From Patescibacteria group bacterium (GTDB taxonomy: Bacteria > Patescibacteriota > Microgenomatia > UBA1400 > PJMF01), in contig JBPOHR010000006.1 in assembly GCA_052035325.1 (NCBI GenBank), positions 3,083 to 67,082 of the forward strand: DNA of 64,000 nt, in the 5' to 3' direction. The notes beneath the pieces are model-generated. The model did not search any database. It saw nothing but the letters and a program-made list of their open reading frames with translations, and was not told the origin of the DNA. Of the stretch, positions 1-9,959 are shown piece by piece. A program made the position numbers and the translations under genes. Within the stretch, counting starts at the first letter, position 1. The number at the start of each line of letters is the position of its first letter.

Positions 1-422
1 GATGCAACGGATACGTTGTGTACCAATGCATAGGCAGGTGTCACCCCAATAACCCGAGTGTTGGTATTGGTACTACTCGTAGTGACTTGAGCCCTGTAAG
101 AATATTCAGGTGAAACACGCGCTACAGTTGTGATCTCAGTAGATGATTCAATGGCTGCTGCATCAGCAAGGGTAAGTGTTGTGGTACTACCAGCAGCACC
201 TTGAACGGCACCACTTCGCTGTGCTCCTGGATTAATGGTGAGTAGATTTGCTCCCAAAGACTGAATTTGAGATTGAATTGCCACCTGACTAGCTTGTCCA
301 AGTGAAATAAGAGCGATAACACTACCGATGCCTATCACGATTCCTAGCACAGCCAAACCTGTTCTGAGTTTGTTCAACGTCAGTGTCCCTATTGCTTCAG
401 TAATGAGTTCGCGATATTCCAT
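1..422 (-). CDS. MacB/FtsX-family ABC transporter permease (5' part only; runs off the window edge)
   Basis: Manual translation from ATG at 422: MEYRELITEAIGTLTLNKLRTGLAVLGIVIGIGSVIALISLG...IQSLGANLLTINPG, the typical MacB N-terminus. Lies downstream of the ABC ATPase and MFP genes. Confidence 0.9.
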   Translation of the reverse strand, partial: MEYRELITEAIGTLTLNKLRTGLAVLGIVIGIGSVIALISLGQASQVAIQSQIQSLGANLLTINPGAQRSGAVQGAAGSTTTLTLADAAAIESSTEITTVARVSPEYSYRAQVTTSSTNTNTRVIGVTPAYALVHNVSVA

Positions 423-434
423 GGTGGGTGACCT

Positions 435-1163
435 TTATGCGGTATCCTGTGTGGTGCTTCGTTTGGCACGTGTTATCTTTTTATTGTTCTGGTCATTCAC
501 TAATTTTCCGTCACGAATCGACAAGATTCTGCCTGCGTGAGCAGCAATGTCAGGTTCGTGGGTGATCATCACAATCGTATGGCCTTGGTCATGCAGTTCC
601 TGAAAAATTGCCATCACTTCTTCGGCCTGCGCAGACGCAATGTTGCCCGTTGGTTCGTCAGCAAGCAGCAACGCCGGATTCATCGCCAACCCCCTGGCAA
701 TCGCCACCCGCTGCTGTTGACCACCAGATAATTGATTGGTGGTGTGATAGAGGCGGTGCCCCAAACCCACTAATTCTAGATAGTTTTTCGCGCGTGCTTC
801 CCGCTCCGCCGCAGGGACTCAGGCATACATCATTGGCAACATCACATTTTTGAGTGATGTCGTCCGCGGAAGTAGATTAAATGCCTGAAAAATAAAGCCT
901 ATTTGTTGATTGCGAATCTCCGATAATTCATCATCATTAAGTTTGGTGATGACTTTACCATTCAAGATATACTCACCACTTGTTGGCAAATCAAGAGCAC
1001 CAAGAATATGCATCAATGTTGATTTTCCCGAGCCAGAAGGGCCCATAATTGCCACAAATTCTCCCTGCTGGATATCAAATGACACTTCATCCAAAGCCGT
1101 GGTCTCTAACACGTCTGTACGATATACCTTGCTGATGTTTTTCAAATGAATTACTGCTGGCAT
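435..1163 (-). pseudogene. LolD/MacB-type ABC ATP-binding subunit interrupted by one in-frame TGA at 819-821
   Basis: ORFs 819..1163 (Walker A GPSGSGKS, Q-loop FQAFNLL) and 435..770 (LSGGQQQRVAIAR, LLADEPTGN, ITHE) share a frame. The joint reads LPMMYA*VPAAEREARAKNYLELVGL. Confidence 0.8.
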
Positions 1164-2432
1164 TTAGCGAACTCCTCGAGCCCCTGTCATACCGCCAGGT
1201 CCAGCAAGACTACTAAATGGTGATGTTGTACTTGATGTCTTGTTCGTAGTATTTGTCGTTTTTGTACTAGTAACTACTTCATCGCCCTCACTCAAACCAC
1301 TGAGAATTTCCGTTTGTGTACTTGATGCAATTCCTGTTTCTACTGTCACCGTTGTCGGCACTCCATTTTTCATCACTTGGACAGTTGAAACACCATTTTT
1401 CGTACTGATTGCGCTACTAGAGATGATGAGTGTGTCAGTTTTACTGTCAGTCATAATGCTGGCCTGTGCCGACATATTAGGCAAAACCTGTTCAACATCA
1501 GTGTCAAACAAAATCACGGCAGGATAAGATGTCACACCTGAACTAACCGAACCAGCTGTATCAATGCTAAGCACATAGCCGGTATACGTCTTATCGGGCA
1601 ACGCATCTAAAGTAATGGTGGCTTTATCACCTGTGTTGACTTTGGTAACATCAATTTCTGTCAAGTTCACCGTAATCGTCGGTAAAGCATCACTAACAAT
1701 GTGGGCAACTGTCTGCGAAGATGATGAAGTACTCGTGTCAGATGATGAACCTGTACTAATCACCTGGCCAGGCTGCAATGAAAAACCCGTGACCACACCG
1801 TCAATCGGTGCCGTCAGAGTAGGGGAGTTTAATTTCAAGTTTTGCGCCGCTGCATTTAGGGCAGTTTGAGCTTGGGCTAAGACTAGTTGCTGATTTTTAT
1901 ACTGAGCTTCAGCAGCCAACCATTCACGCTCTGATACTGTAAACTCAGCAACATTTCTGACATCAGAATTACTATCTTTATAGGTATCACTTTCTGCTAA
2001 GGTTTTGAAGCTATCCCACTTGCCAAACATACTCGCCTGCAAGCTGTATTGAGCTGCTTGGGCAGCAGCAACCGCGTTTTTCGCACTTTGATATGACGCC
2101 AGAGCCTGTGTATAGGTCTGTTTAGCTTCTTCATCTAAAGTTATCTCTGCCAATGCTTGCCCTGCTTTGACAAATTCATCATTCTTTACAGCTACCTTTT
2201 TCACCACCCCGGTCACTGCAGTCGTAACAGCTCGCGAATTATTATCACTTACTTGCCCCGATGAAGTAATCGCTGCCACCAACGTACCTTTTTGGACTGC
2301 GGCGGTAGTATATGTGGGTTGAGTCGAAGCGGTACTTGTCATTCGCCAGCGAATTACCCCACCGACAAGAATTACCAATACGACTACTATACCTACTCGC
2401 ACACGTATGTCGGAAAAAGAGGGAAGTTTCAT
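1164..2432 (-). CDS. Efflux membrane-fusion (MacA/HlyD-like) periplasmic adaptor
   Basis: N-terminal TM helix, lipoyl-like half motifs (GVVKKVAVK..., APIDGVV), coiled-coil hairpin, C-terminal TEILSGLSEGDEVV. Confidence 0.9.
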   Translation of the reverse strand: MKLPSFSDIRVRVGIVVVLVILVGGVIRWRMTSTASTQPTYTTAAVQKGTLVAAITSSGQVSDNNSRAVTTAVTGVVKKVAVKNDEFVKAGQALAEITLDEEAKQTYTQALASYQSAKNAVAAAQAAQYSLQASMFGKWDSFKTLAESDTYKDSNSDVRNVAEFTVSEREWLAAEAQYKNQQLVLAQAQTALNAAAQNLKLNSPTLTAPIDGVVTGFSLQPGQVISTGSSSDTSTSSSSQTVAHIVSDALPTITVNLTEIDVTKVNTGDKATITLDALPDKTYTGYVLSIDTAGSVSSGVTSYPAVILFDTDVEQVLPNMSAQASIMTDSKTDTLIISSSAISTKNGVSTVQVMKNGVPTTVTVETGIASSTQTEILSGLSEGDEVVTSTKTTNTTNKTSSTTSPFSSLAGPGGMTGARGVR

Positions 2433-2438
2433 GGTATT

Positions 2439-2471
2439 AGTCTACGACCTGAAACTTAATATCTGCTTAAG
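2439..2471 (-). promoter_or_regulatory. -10 element (TAGACT) and OmpR/PmrA-type direct-repeat box (CTTAAG-N5-ATTAAG) of the mac-like operon
   Basis: Minus strand: CTTAAGcagatATTAAG-N10-TAGACT-N6-ATG. Same geometry as at 4182-4214. Confidence 0.7.
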
Positions 2472-2479
2472 CGTTATGC

Positions 2480-3487
2480 TTATTTGGGTGAAACGGCAAC
2501 TGGAATAGTGACAGTAAATACACTACCTTTGCCGACTTTGCTGCTCGCAACAATCGTGCCACCCAGCTTCTGCACTAATTGGCGAGCTAATGATAAACCC
2601 AAACCATATCCTCGTACTTCTGAACGGGCGGCATCAACTCTATAGAAACGTTTGAATATCAGCTCTAACTGATCTTCTGGAATACCTTCGCCTTCGTCCT
2701 CAACAGTAAGTATCAGCGAATGACCCACCGTTTTTGTTCGAACAAAAACACGAGTATTTGGACGACTATATTTCACCGCATTATCAAGAATAATTGTCAA
2801 AACTTGGTATAAACTTGTCTCGTCAGTGACGATTTTTTGTGAAGCTACATCAATTTTAATACTGATATGCTGTCGTTTAGATTGTGGCAACAATGTATTC
2901 ACCGCACGCATCACCACATCACGAACTTCGACTGACTTCATTACTAAAGGTGCAGCACTTGCAACATGGTCACTTTGCAGTAATGCTTCTGCCAATTGTT
3001 GTAATCTGCCCACTTCCTCCAAATTACTTTTCATCAATTGACGCAGCTCAGTAACTGTTGTTTTTTTCTCCAATAAACTACTTTCCAGTTCCAACTGAAG
3101 CGTAGTGAGAGGGGTACGAAGTTCATGCGATGCATTCGTAATAAACTGACGTTGTTCATCAACCATGTGTTGGATAGGACGCAATGTTTTCCCTGCCAGT
3201 AAGTAGCCCGCACCTCCTGCAATCAAAATTATCACCCCATCAACGAGAAGGAGTGACCACAATGATCGTTGTTGCAACTCTTCAAGCTCTTCCAAGGAAG
3301 GAAATCCCGCTGGTCGTCGTGGACCATTTTGATATACCAAATGTTCTCGTTCAAAGCGCAGTCGTCGAATCAAATCCTGTAACTGACGGTTTGACGTCTG
3401 ATACACCACGGCGCTAAACACCCCTGTGATAATAACAATGATCACTACATAGTAAAAAATCAGTTGAAGACGTGCTTTGGTAAACAT
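2480..3487 (-). CDS. Membrane sensor histidine kinase (HisKA + HATPase)
   Basis: Two TM helices, H-box NASHELRTPL, N-box ILDNAVKYS, G1 DEGEGI, F-box FKRFYR, G2 GYGLGL. Confidence 0.95.
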   Translation of the reverse strand: MFTKARLQLIFYYVVIIVIITGVFSAVVYQTSNRQLQDLIRRLRFEREHLVYQNGPRRPAGFPSLEELEELQQRSLWSLLLVDGVIILIAGGAGYLLAGKTLRPIQHMVDEQRQFITNASHELRTPLTTLQLELESSLLEKKTTVTELRQLMKSNLEEVGRLQQLAEALLQSDHVASAAPLVMKSVEVRDVVMRAVNTLLPQSKRQHISIKIDVASQKIVTDETSLYQVLTIILDNAVKYSRPNTRVFVRTKTVGHSLILTVEDEGEGIPEDQLELIFKRFYRVDAARSEVRGYGLGLSLARQLVQKLGGTIVASSKVGKGSVFTVTIPVAVSPK

Positions 3488-4174
3488 TTACACCTTGCCT
3501 GTCCGAATAACATACCCAAAGCCACGAACAGTTTCGACAAACGAAGTAGTTCGACCACGATCAATTTTGTCGCGTAGGTGCTTCATATGCACTTCCACTG
3601 TTTTTGGCAACACATCGGTGTCATAGTTCCAGACATGATCAACCAATGTTTGTTTAGAAACAACAATATCCTGATGCCGCAACAGATCTTCCAACACAGC
3701 AAATTCTTTTGCCGACATAACTACTGGTTTGCCAACCACAGTCACCACTTGTGCAACTGGGTCAAGACGTAGCTCACCTGAAGCACCCGCTTGCAGTACA
3801 GGTGATTTGGTTTGCGCCCCACGACGCATCAAGGCGCGAACACGCGAGAAAAATTCTTCGAGTGAAAAAGGCTTCACTAAGTAATCATCTGCACCACTAT
3901 CTAGAGCTGCAACTTTATCCTCTACCAGGCCCTTGGCGGTCAACATAAGTATGGGTGTTTGGAGTTCTTCCGCTCGAACAGCCCGACAAATACTCACTCC
4001 ATCACGTTTGGGCAACATTACATCCAGAACCAACAGATCATAACCATCTTCTAAGGCCATCTGTAATCCTGTTTCGCCTTCGTGCGCAAGATCTACCGTA
4101 TAGTGCTGCGACTCGAGGCTTCTGCGAAGTGCTTGAGCGATTTTGACTTCATCCTCAACGATTAAAATGCGCAT
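3488..4174 (-). CDS. OmpR/PhoB-family response regulator
   Basis: MRILIVEDE, LDVMLP, GADDYLVKPF, winged-helix end LRDKID...ETVRGFGY. Confidence 0.95.
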   Translation of the reverse strand: MRILIVEDEVKIAQALRRSLESQHYTVDLAHEGETGLQMALEDGYDLLVLDVMLPKRDGVSICRAVRAEELQTPILMLTAKGLVEDKVAALDSGADDYLVKPFSLEEFFSRVRALMRRGAQTKSPVLQAGASGELRLDPVAQVVTVVGKPVVMSAKEFAVLEDLLRHQDIVVSKQTLVDHVWNYDTDVLPKTVEVHMKHLRDKIDRGRTTSFVETVRGFGYVIRTGKV

Positions 4175-4181
4175 GCTATCT

Positions 4182-4214
4182 ATTGTACAACTGGATGCTT
4201 AAAGAGTGCTTAAG
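4182..4214 (-). promoter_or_regulatory. -10 element (TACAAT) and direct-repeat box (CTTAAG-N5-TTTAAG), probable autoregulatory site of the two-component operon
   Basis: Minus strand: CTTAAGcactcTTTAAG-N10-TACAAT-N7-ATG. Confidence 0.7.
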
Positions 4215-4264
4215 ATAATGTACCCACCAGCAGACGTTTCACAAAACAATTGCTATGATGTAGG

Positions 4265-5842
4265 GTGATAATGCTACTGCCTGCCATTGATGTCCAAATA
4301 AAGTTACGCAAACGCGTCCCGAATCTACCACGCAAACGACGAAGACTACGATTTCGAGTGATAGTGTGGTCAGGCTGGTTGGTGATTGCCGGTTTTGTTG
4401 CAATCGCTATCTTTTCCTACTTCACAAATCCCTTTGCTAAATTCAGCCTCGTGCAAAATGAAATTGCCGTCCAGGTAATAGATGGCGAACAACAAATAAC
4501 TGACAGTAGTTCACCAATCGTCCGCAACAATCGCATTACTCGGTCAATTGCTTTCAGTAAATCTGCCTATCACATGATTGGCACTCTGCTTGATGGCGGT
4601 GATACCATCTCGGGCTTAACCGTCGATGACATCATCGCTGAGATCCATCACAAACGGTTCGCGCCTGAATTACCTTTTCTCATTTCCGGCGATCACTTCA
4701 GTATGGTATATCCTCGCTCGCTCGGCATTTTTTATCACTCATTGCTTGATAATCGTACTGCTCTTAACGAGCAAGACTGGGCAAACCGCCAAGCAATCTA
4801 CCTCAAAACCCTGACATTTTCTTTAGCGGTCTACAACGAAACTGATCAGCTAAGTACCACTATAGTACCTCTTGGCCCACAGGGTGTGGTCCTCATGAAC
4901 GTCTACGCGCCACCCTCGGACACACTCTACAGTTTGCTGTATGCACTACGTATCTTGCAAAACCCCGATGAACTTCATCAACGGTATCCGTTTGAATCTA
5001 CCCCCATCACTGCCAACATCCGCGCTGATCAAGCTGTACAAAGCTTACTTAACCGCTATCGACTCGCTCTTCAACGTCATTTTCAGACTTACTGGAATAC
5101 CATGTACGATCCTGTGACGGGTTTGGTTAATCGCAATCTGGTGCTCTCCGGCACAAAAGATTCTGTCCGCCGTCACGGGGCATTTTACGACAACGTCATG
5201 CTCTGGAAAACAGCTCAACTCGCCCAGCAACTTAATCTTGCTACAATCAACCAGGCACAACTCGACTCACTAAAAGAGCGCATTCTTGCCGCGTTTTGGG
5301 ATGAAGAGCACGGCTACTTCATCGAGGAACAGGGGACACCAGAACATCCGCGACATGTCTACTCATCTGACTGGTTGATCGCCTACCAAACCGGTTTTTT
5401 GTCTCCCAGCTCAGCAAGTGATCGTACCTATTTAGAACGAAGCGTCCAATACGTCCAGTCACAAGCACTCGATCAACCCTTTGGATTGCGCTTTACCCAC
5501 AGCACAGACACCAGCAACTACTATTGGCCAGTCCGCTATGGCACACCAGATTACGTCACCACCGCTATTTGGAGTCACTGGGGGATGGAGTACACCAAAT
5601 TACTGGCACATCTGGCGTTACTCACGGGTAATCGCAACTACCTTGATGCCGCTCAACACCAAATTGATGCATATACAGCCAACATCGTCCGTTATCAAGG
5701 CTTCCCCGAGGTATACACCAGTGATGGAAAAATGTACCAGGATAGGCTCTATCGGAGTGTCCGGGCAACTGGTTGGGTAGTCAATTTTGAGGAAGCAAGA
5801 GCGATGGTGCAGGATGTAGCTGCTAAAGTGAAGTCACCTTGA
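4265..5842 (+). CDS. Membrane-anchored hypothetical protein, possible (alpha/alpha)6 six-hairpin glycosidase
   Basis: Basic N-tail plus one TM helix. Motifs KDSVRR...FYDNVMLW, SSDWL, IWSHWG and C-terminal GFPEVY resemble GH15/63-like barrels (inference). Confidence 0.55.
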   Translation: MIMLLPAIDVQIKLRKRVPNLPRKRRRLRFRVIVWSGWLVIAGFVAIAIFSYFTNPFAKFSLVQNEIAVQVIDGEQQITDSSSPIVRNNRITRSIAFSKSAYHMIGTLLDGGDTISGLTVDDIIAEIHHKRFAPELPFLISGDHFSMVYPRSLGIFYHSLLDNRTALNEQDWANRQAIYLKTLTFSLAVYNETDQLSTTIVPLGPQGVVLMNVYAPPSDTLYSLLYALRILQNPDELHQRYPFESTPITANIRADQAVQSLLNRYRLALQRHFQTYWNTMYDPVTGLVNRNLVLSGTKDSVRRHGAFYDNVMLWKTAQLAQQLNLATINQAQLDSLKERILAAFWDEEHGYFIEEQGTPEHPRHVYSSDWLIAYQTGFLSPSSASDRTYLERSVQYVQSQALDQPFGLRFTHSTDTSNYYWPVRYGTPDYVTTAIWSHWGMEYTKLLAHLALLTGNRNYLDAAQHQIDAYTANIVRYQGFPEVYTSDGKMYQDRLYRSVRATGWVVNFEEARAMVQDVAAKVKSP

Positions 5843-5858
5843 TATAATAGGGAGTCTT

Positions 5859-5934
5859 GGTGGCTGTAGCTCAGTTGGTTCAGAGCGTGTCCCTGTGAAG
5901 GATGAGGTCGCGGGTTCGAGCCCCGTCAGCCACC
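5859..5934 (+). tRNA. tRNA-His (GTG)
   Basis: G-1 plus GTGGCTG/CAGCCAC acceptor with C73, anticodon loop CT-GTG-AA, T-loop GGTTCGAGCC. TATAAT at 5843-5848. Confidence 0.95.
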
Positions 5935-5985
5935 CATTTTTTGTTTCTTTCACACTTTTTACACAACGTACGATATAATTGCTGT

Positions 5986-6309
5986 ATGGTAACGGCAGAT
6001 GTAGAAGCAAAAAGAGTCACTTTAAGTGACACTAGAGTTGTAGAAGCCGCTGACGCTGCACAAAAGCTTCAAGATAACATCAATTCTTTGGCTATTTATC
6101 TTCCTCAAGGATCTAAAATTGACGTGCCTCGTGTGACAGATTCCACGCACTTTGCAGAGCATATCGATTCCTTTCTTAGTGCTGTTCGCAATAACATCAT
6201 AGTTAGATTAGAACACCCAGATATCCAAGGCGAGGCAAAATCCAAACTAGAAACCGACCTTGAACGTGTTAATTCTACGTTGTATAGCTTATATAATAAG
6301 CGTCGATAG
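5986..6309 (+). CDS. Hypothetical protein
   Basis: Start moved to ATG 5986 (TATAAT-N6-ATG) because the longer ORF overlaps the tRNA. No motif recognised. Confidence 0.6.
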   Translation: MVTADVEAKRVTLSDTRVVEAADAAQKLQDNINSLAIYLPQGSKIDVPRVTDSTHFAEHIDSFLSAVRNNIIVRLEHPDIQGEAKSKLETDLERVNSTLYSLYNKRR

Positions 6310-6323
6310 AATTTTTTGTTTTT

Positions 6324-7001
6324 TTAGCTAGTCTTTTTCTTTACAACCCACCCTCCATCTACTTCTGTCTTCATTACTACTTCTAAGCCATATCTCGGCG
6401 CCCAGTCTTCAACTCGCCTCATCATTTTGCTACCGTGTTGGGTATGGTGTGAATAGGGAGCAGAATGCCATTCTTCTAGCACACCTTGAGCGACGAGCTC
6501 GCAAATCGCTGCCGTCATGACATAAGGTATGTGTCTTGGTTGTTGTCCCTCTTCCACATCTTGAGTTTGAAAACCTTCATTGCGCGCTGCAGATGCAAAG
6601 AATACGAATGATACCTTAACTTCAAGAATGCCACTTTGGACGCCCAAAGCTTGCTTATTGGCACTTTTTATCGTCAACGTCATGCGGAACTCTTCATCAT
6701 TGGCAATTAAAGAGGTGTTATCTTCTGTTATAGGTAACCCCATTTCAGCCAAAAAATCTGCTGTCCCTTTGATTTTTGATACTAAACTGTGAACTAAAAT
6801 GGAAATTATTTCAGTTTGTGGTTCTGCTTCACCTTCATTAGCCCATGTATGTTCAAACGTAAGTAAAGGTACGTCAACAATTACTTCTTGCCTTCTGGCG
6901 GACTCGACAAGTTGGGCAAGTATTTCTCTTGGCGTTAACTCTTGGCTTTCAGGATCTACGTGACCTTCATCAAATGCCGAATCTTCTGGGCTATTCATCA
7001 T
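6324..7001 (-). CDS. Hypothetical protein
   Basis: About 225-aa acidic ORF with no recognised motif. Confidence 0.6.
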   Translation of the reverse strand: MMNSPEDSAFDEGHVDPESQELTPREILAQLVESARRQEVIVDVPLLTFEHTWANEGEAEPQTEIISILVHSLVSKIKGTADFLAEMGLPITEDNTSLIANDEEFRMTLTIKSANKQALGVQSGILEVKVSFVFFASAARNEGFQTQDVEEGQQPRHIPYVMTAAICELVAQGVLEEWHSAPYSHHTQHGSKMMRRVEDWAPRYGLEVVMKTEVDGGWVVKKKTS

Positions 7002-7067
7002 AGGATAGTAAGTATTATACAAGCATTATAAATATATGCGTGACATTTTAGTGTTAGGATTGTAGTT

Positions 7068-7928
7068 ATGAATTGGATAGTCGCCAGTATATTAATGTTT
7101 ATTAGTTCAGTTGCTCTGTATCTGAGCGTACGAAAAAGTAATCTGCTCAAAACACCGCAACAGCTTAATAACCTTGCAATGTTTCTAGTACCAGTACTGG
7201 TGTATCTGGTGCTAACGGTCAGAACTCCAACTCATTTTTCGCTTACACCTATCGCATACATAATCATCTTGATTCAAGGTATTTTCTTTAGTTATCTTGG
7301 AAATGCATTCTCGTTAAAAGGAATTGAACACGCACCCAATCCTGGGTATAGTCTCATTATTTCCAAAAGCTATGTCGTCTTTACAGCGATAGCATCCGTA
7401 TTTATTTTTTCTGCTCCGCTCACAATCAAGACAATCATCGCTATCGCATTAATTATGTTGTTCTCTGCTTTAATTATGATCGACAAAAGCAACAACAAAA
7501 CTTCCTCTACTACAATATGGCTTCCTTATACCATAGGGGCATTTTTTTGTTGGGGCTTTTTGGCTTTGAGTTCGAAGTACCTCCTTAATGCCGGTGTGCC
7601 TATCCTAACCAGATTGATACTTTCAATGACGGTTACAACCATGATTATTTTTGCAGAAATGATATACAAAAAAGTAGCGTGGCAAAAGGTTTCGAGAGAT
7701 CAATATATTACCCTACTCATGATTGGAATTTTTGGTGCCAGTTTTAATTACTTCATGCAGGTGGCATTTAATCTAGCACCAAATGTTGGTTATGTGAACG
7801 CAACAAATGCTGCCTCAATATCATTATTAACATTGATGTCTGCGTTATTTTTCAGAGACGAATTGACGATAAAAAAAATGATCGGGATTGGTGGAGTTAC
7901 TGCCGGGTTAGTACTGTTATTCCTATAG
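7068..7928 (+). CDS. EamA/DMT-family transporter
   Basis: About 10 TM helices in two repeats (APNPGY / APNVGY; FFRDELTIKKMIG). Confidence 0.85.
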   Translation: MNWIVASILMFISSVALYLSVRKSNLLKTPQQLNNLAMFLVPVLVYLVLTVRTPTHFSLTPIAYIIILIQGIFFSYLGNAFSLKGIEHAPNPGYSLIISKSYVVFTAIASVFIFSAPLTIKTIIAIALIMLFSALIMIDKSNNKTSSTTIWLPYTIGAFFCWGFLALSSKYLLNAGVPILTRLILSMTVTTMIIFAEMIYKKVAWQKVSRDQYITLLMIGIFGASFNYFMQVAFNLAPNVGYVNATNAASISLLTLMSALFFRDELTIKKMIGIGGVTAGLVLLFL

Positions 7929-7951
7929 TTTGAAAAAGAAAAGCCTTAATC

Positions 7952-8998
7952 TTACTCTCCCACCAGCTTCTTCGTTACCTTATTTGCTCTAATTACCTCT
8001 GTCACCCCGAATGACACCAAAAAAACCAGTGCTATGTTTGCTATCAAGTAGAAGATTAAGCCAGACCGCACCGAGCTGATTATCAGTACATACCGTTCAA
8101 TAACATCTTTTACCATGTAATGTACCAAATACATCCCATAGGTACTCGCAGAAATATGTGCCAATACTTTGGCTGGCTGGGCTGAGATCCACTTGGCCCA
8201 CGTTGCTTCCAAACCACGCAAGAGTATAAATAGCGAGACAGCCATTATCACTACCCCTGGCGCAGAGTAGTGTGCATGGCTTTGAAAGTTGTTGAAGACA
8301 TAGTTTTGCATGCCGCTGGCGTTGAGTATTGCTGTCACAATAAAAACCACCGCCAACACCCACAGCATTTTTTGTGAAGTTTTCATCGCGTGGCACAGTT
8401 TACCTAGATAAAAATATCCCAAATATACCGTGAAAATGGTCACCGCATTAATCAACGACAGTTGTGGGAATGCTCCAGATACGCTCGATATTAACGCTGC
8501 GTATCCAAATAATCCAACGACAGCTAGCCATTTAAATCGAGAGTGTAACTGCTGATCGATTTTCAATAACAACGGCACACTTAGATATAAACCAATCAAC
8601 GCTTGCAAATAATAGAAATGGGTAGTGTGAGCGTGCAGAAAATTGCTTAGTACCTCACCCACTAAAATAGGACTGTGCCAAAAGAACGCCTGCCAAAGTA
8701 CCGTCAGCCCATACCAAAAAACTAGGGGAACGAGTAGCCGATGACTGGCTTTTTTGGCTACCATCGCGTATGTGTACTTCTTAGCTGCACCAAGTATCAA
8801 AAAACCACTCAGCATCACAAAGAGTGGTACTGATACTCGAGAGGTTGAACGAGCAATGTTAGCAAACCACCACGTAAAACCATGACTATATAACCCAGAG
8901 TAGAGGATATAGTTCGCCGAGTGAATAGTAATCACCCCAAGAACTGCGATGACACGCAGGATATCGGCAAATATGAAATGTGGTTTTGTGGCTTTCAT
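7952..8998 (-). CDS. Acyltransferase_3 (WecH/OafA-like) membrane O-acyltransferase
   Basis: DILRVIAVLGVITIH, RVSVPLFVMLSGFL, HFYYL, YLGYFYLG, TYGMYLVH. Confidence 0.9.
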   Translation of the reverse strand: MKATKPHFIFADILRVIAVLGVITIHSANYILYSGLYSHGFTWWFANIARSTSRVSVPLFVMLSGFLILGAAKKYTYAMVAKKASHRLLVPLVFWYGLTVLWQAFFWHSPILVGEVLSNFLHAHTTHFYYLQALIGLYLSVPLLLKIDQQLHSRFKWLAVVGLFGYAALISSVSGAFPQLSLINAVTIFTVYLGYFYLGKLCHAMKTSQKMLWVLAVVFIVTAILNASGMQNYVFNNFQSHAHYSAPGVVIMAVSLFILLRGLEATWAKWISAQPAKVLAHISASTYGMYLVHYMVKDVIERYVLIISSVRSGLIFYLIANIALVFLVSFGVTEVIRANKVTKKLVGE

Positions 8999-9099
8999 AA
9001 CCGCAACCAGCAATGATGCTTGCTTTTACCATATCCTATTCAACCAACAACTGACAATTGGCACACAAATTGCTGACCAAAGCGTATTACAATAACTCC

Positions 9100-9900
9100 A
9101 TGAAACTGGTTTCCTTGAACGTAGCGTTATTTGAGAAAAATAATGATGCACTCCTAGATTTCTTAGCAACAGAGCAGCCTGACATACTATGCCTCCAAGA
9201 AGTGACAAAGCGCCTCGACGAACACGCCATTCCCGACTATATTTCCAAAGAGGCGATTGATCGTGCCACACCTCAACTCAACTACGGTTTCTTTGCGCCA
9301 ATTTGGGCACTATCATCGTTTGAACAAACTCAATTTCATGGCAAAGAGCATTTCTCATTTGAGTTGGGCGGAATGGCTGAGTTTGGCAATTATGTGAAGA
9401 GTGCTTTTCCCATTTGCAAAGCTGAAAATATCTTTGTGCAAAACCATTTTTCCTATGTGACCGATTGGTCACACTGGCCCAAAGAAGACTATCGTGCCTT
9501 CATTGTCGCTGATCTTCAGCTACCCGAGACCAAAGTGAGAATCATTACCTATCACGGCATTTGGTCTCGAGACAAACAAGGAACACCTCTGACAAAGCAA
9601 GCTTGTGAACGAATCCGAGAGATAGCAACTGCCGTTGCGTATCCATGTATTATTTGCGGTGACTTTAACTTGTTTCCAGATACTGAGTCAATTTCTGTCC
9701 TTAGTGACACATTCACTAGTCTTGTCGATAGTTACAACATCGACACAACCCGACCAGCATCAAATGAACTGCACCATCAGCAGCGAAACGTTGTTGATTA
9801 TATTTTTGTCAGTCATGGCATTCACACAGTCGATTTTAGCGTCCCTAACATTGAGGTATCCGATCACTTACCCCTAATTTTAGAATTTGAGGTGAGGTAA
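9100..9900 (+). CDS. Endonuclease/exonuclease/phosphatase (EEP) family protein
   Basis: SLNV, PDILCLQEV, IICGDFN, VDYIF, SDHLP. Start follows TACAAT-N6. Confidence 0.9.
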   Translation: MKLVSLNVALFEKNNDALLDFLATEQPDILCLQEVTKRLDEHAIPDYISKEAIDRATPQLNYGFFAPIWALSSFEQTQFHGKEHFSFELGGMAEFGNYVKSAFPICKAENIFVQNHFSYVTDWSHWPKEDYRAFIVADLQLPETKVRIITYHGIWSRDKQGTPLTKQACERIREIATAVAYPCIICGDFNLFPDTESISVLSDTFTSLVDSYNIDTTRPASNELHHQQRNVVDYIFVSHGIHTVDFSVPNIEVSDHLPLILEFEVR

Positions 9901-9959
9901 TGGCTATGTAAAGATAAAACCGACGAATTGGTATTACTAATCAAGGAGTAAAATTTTTT

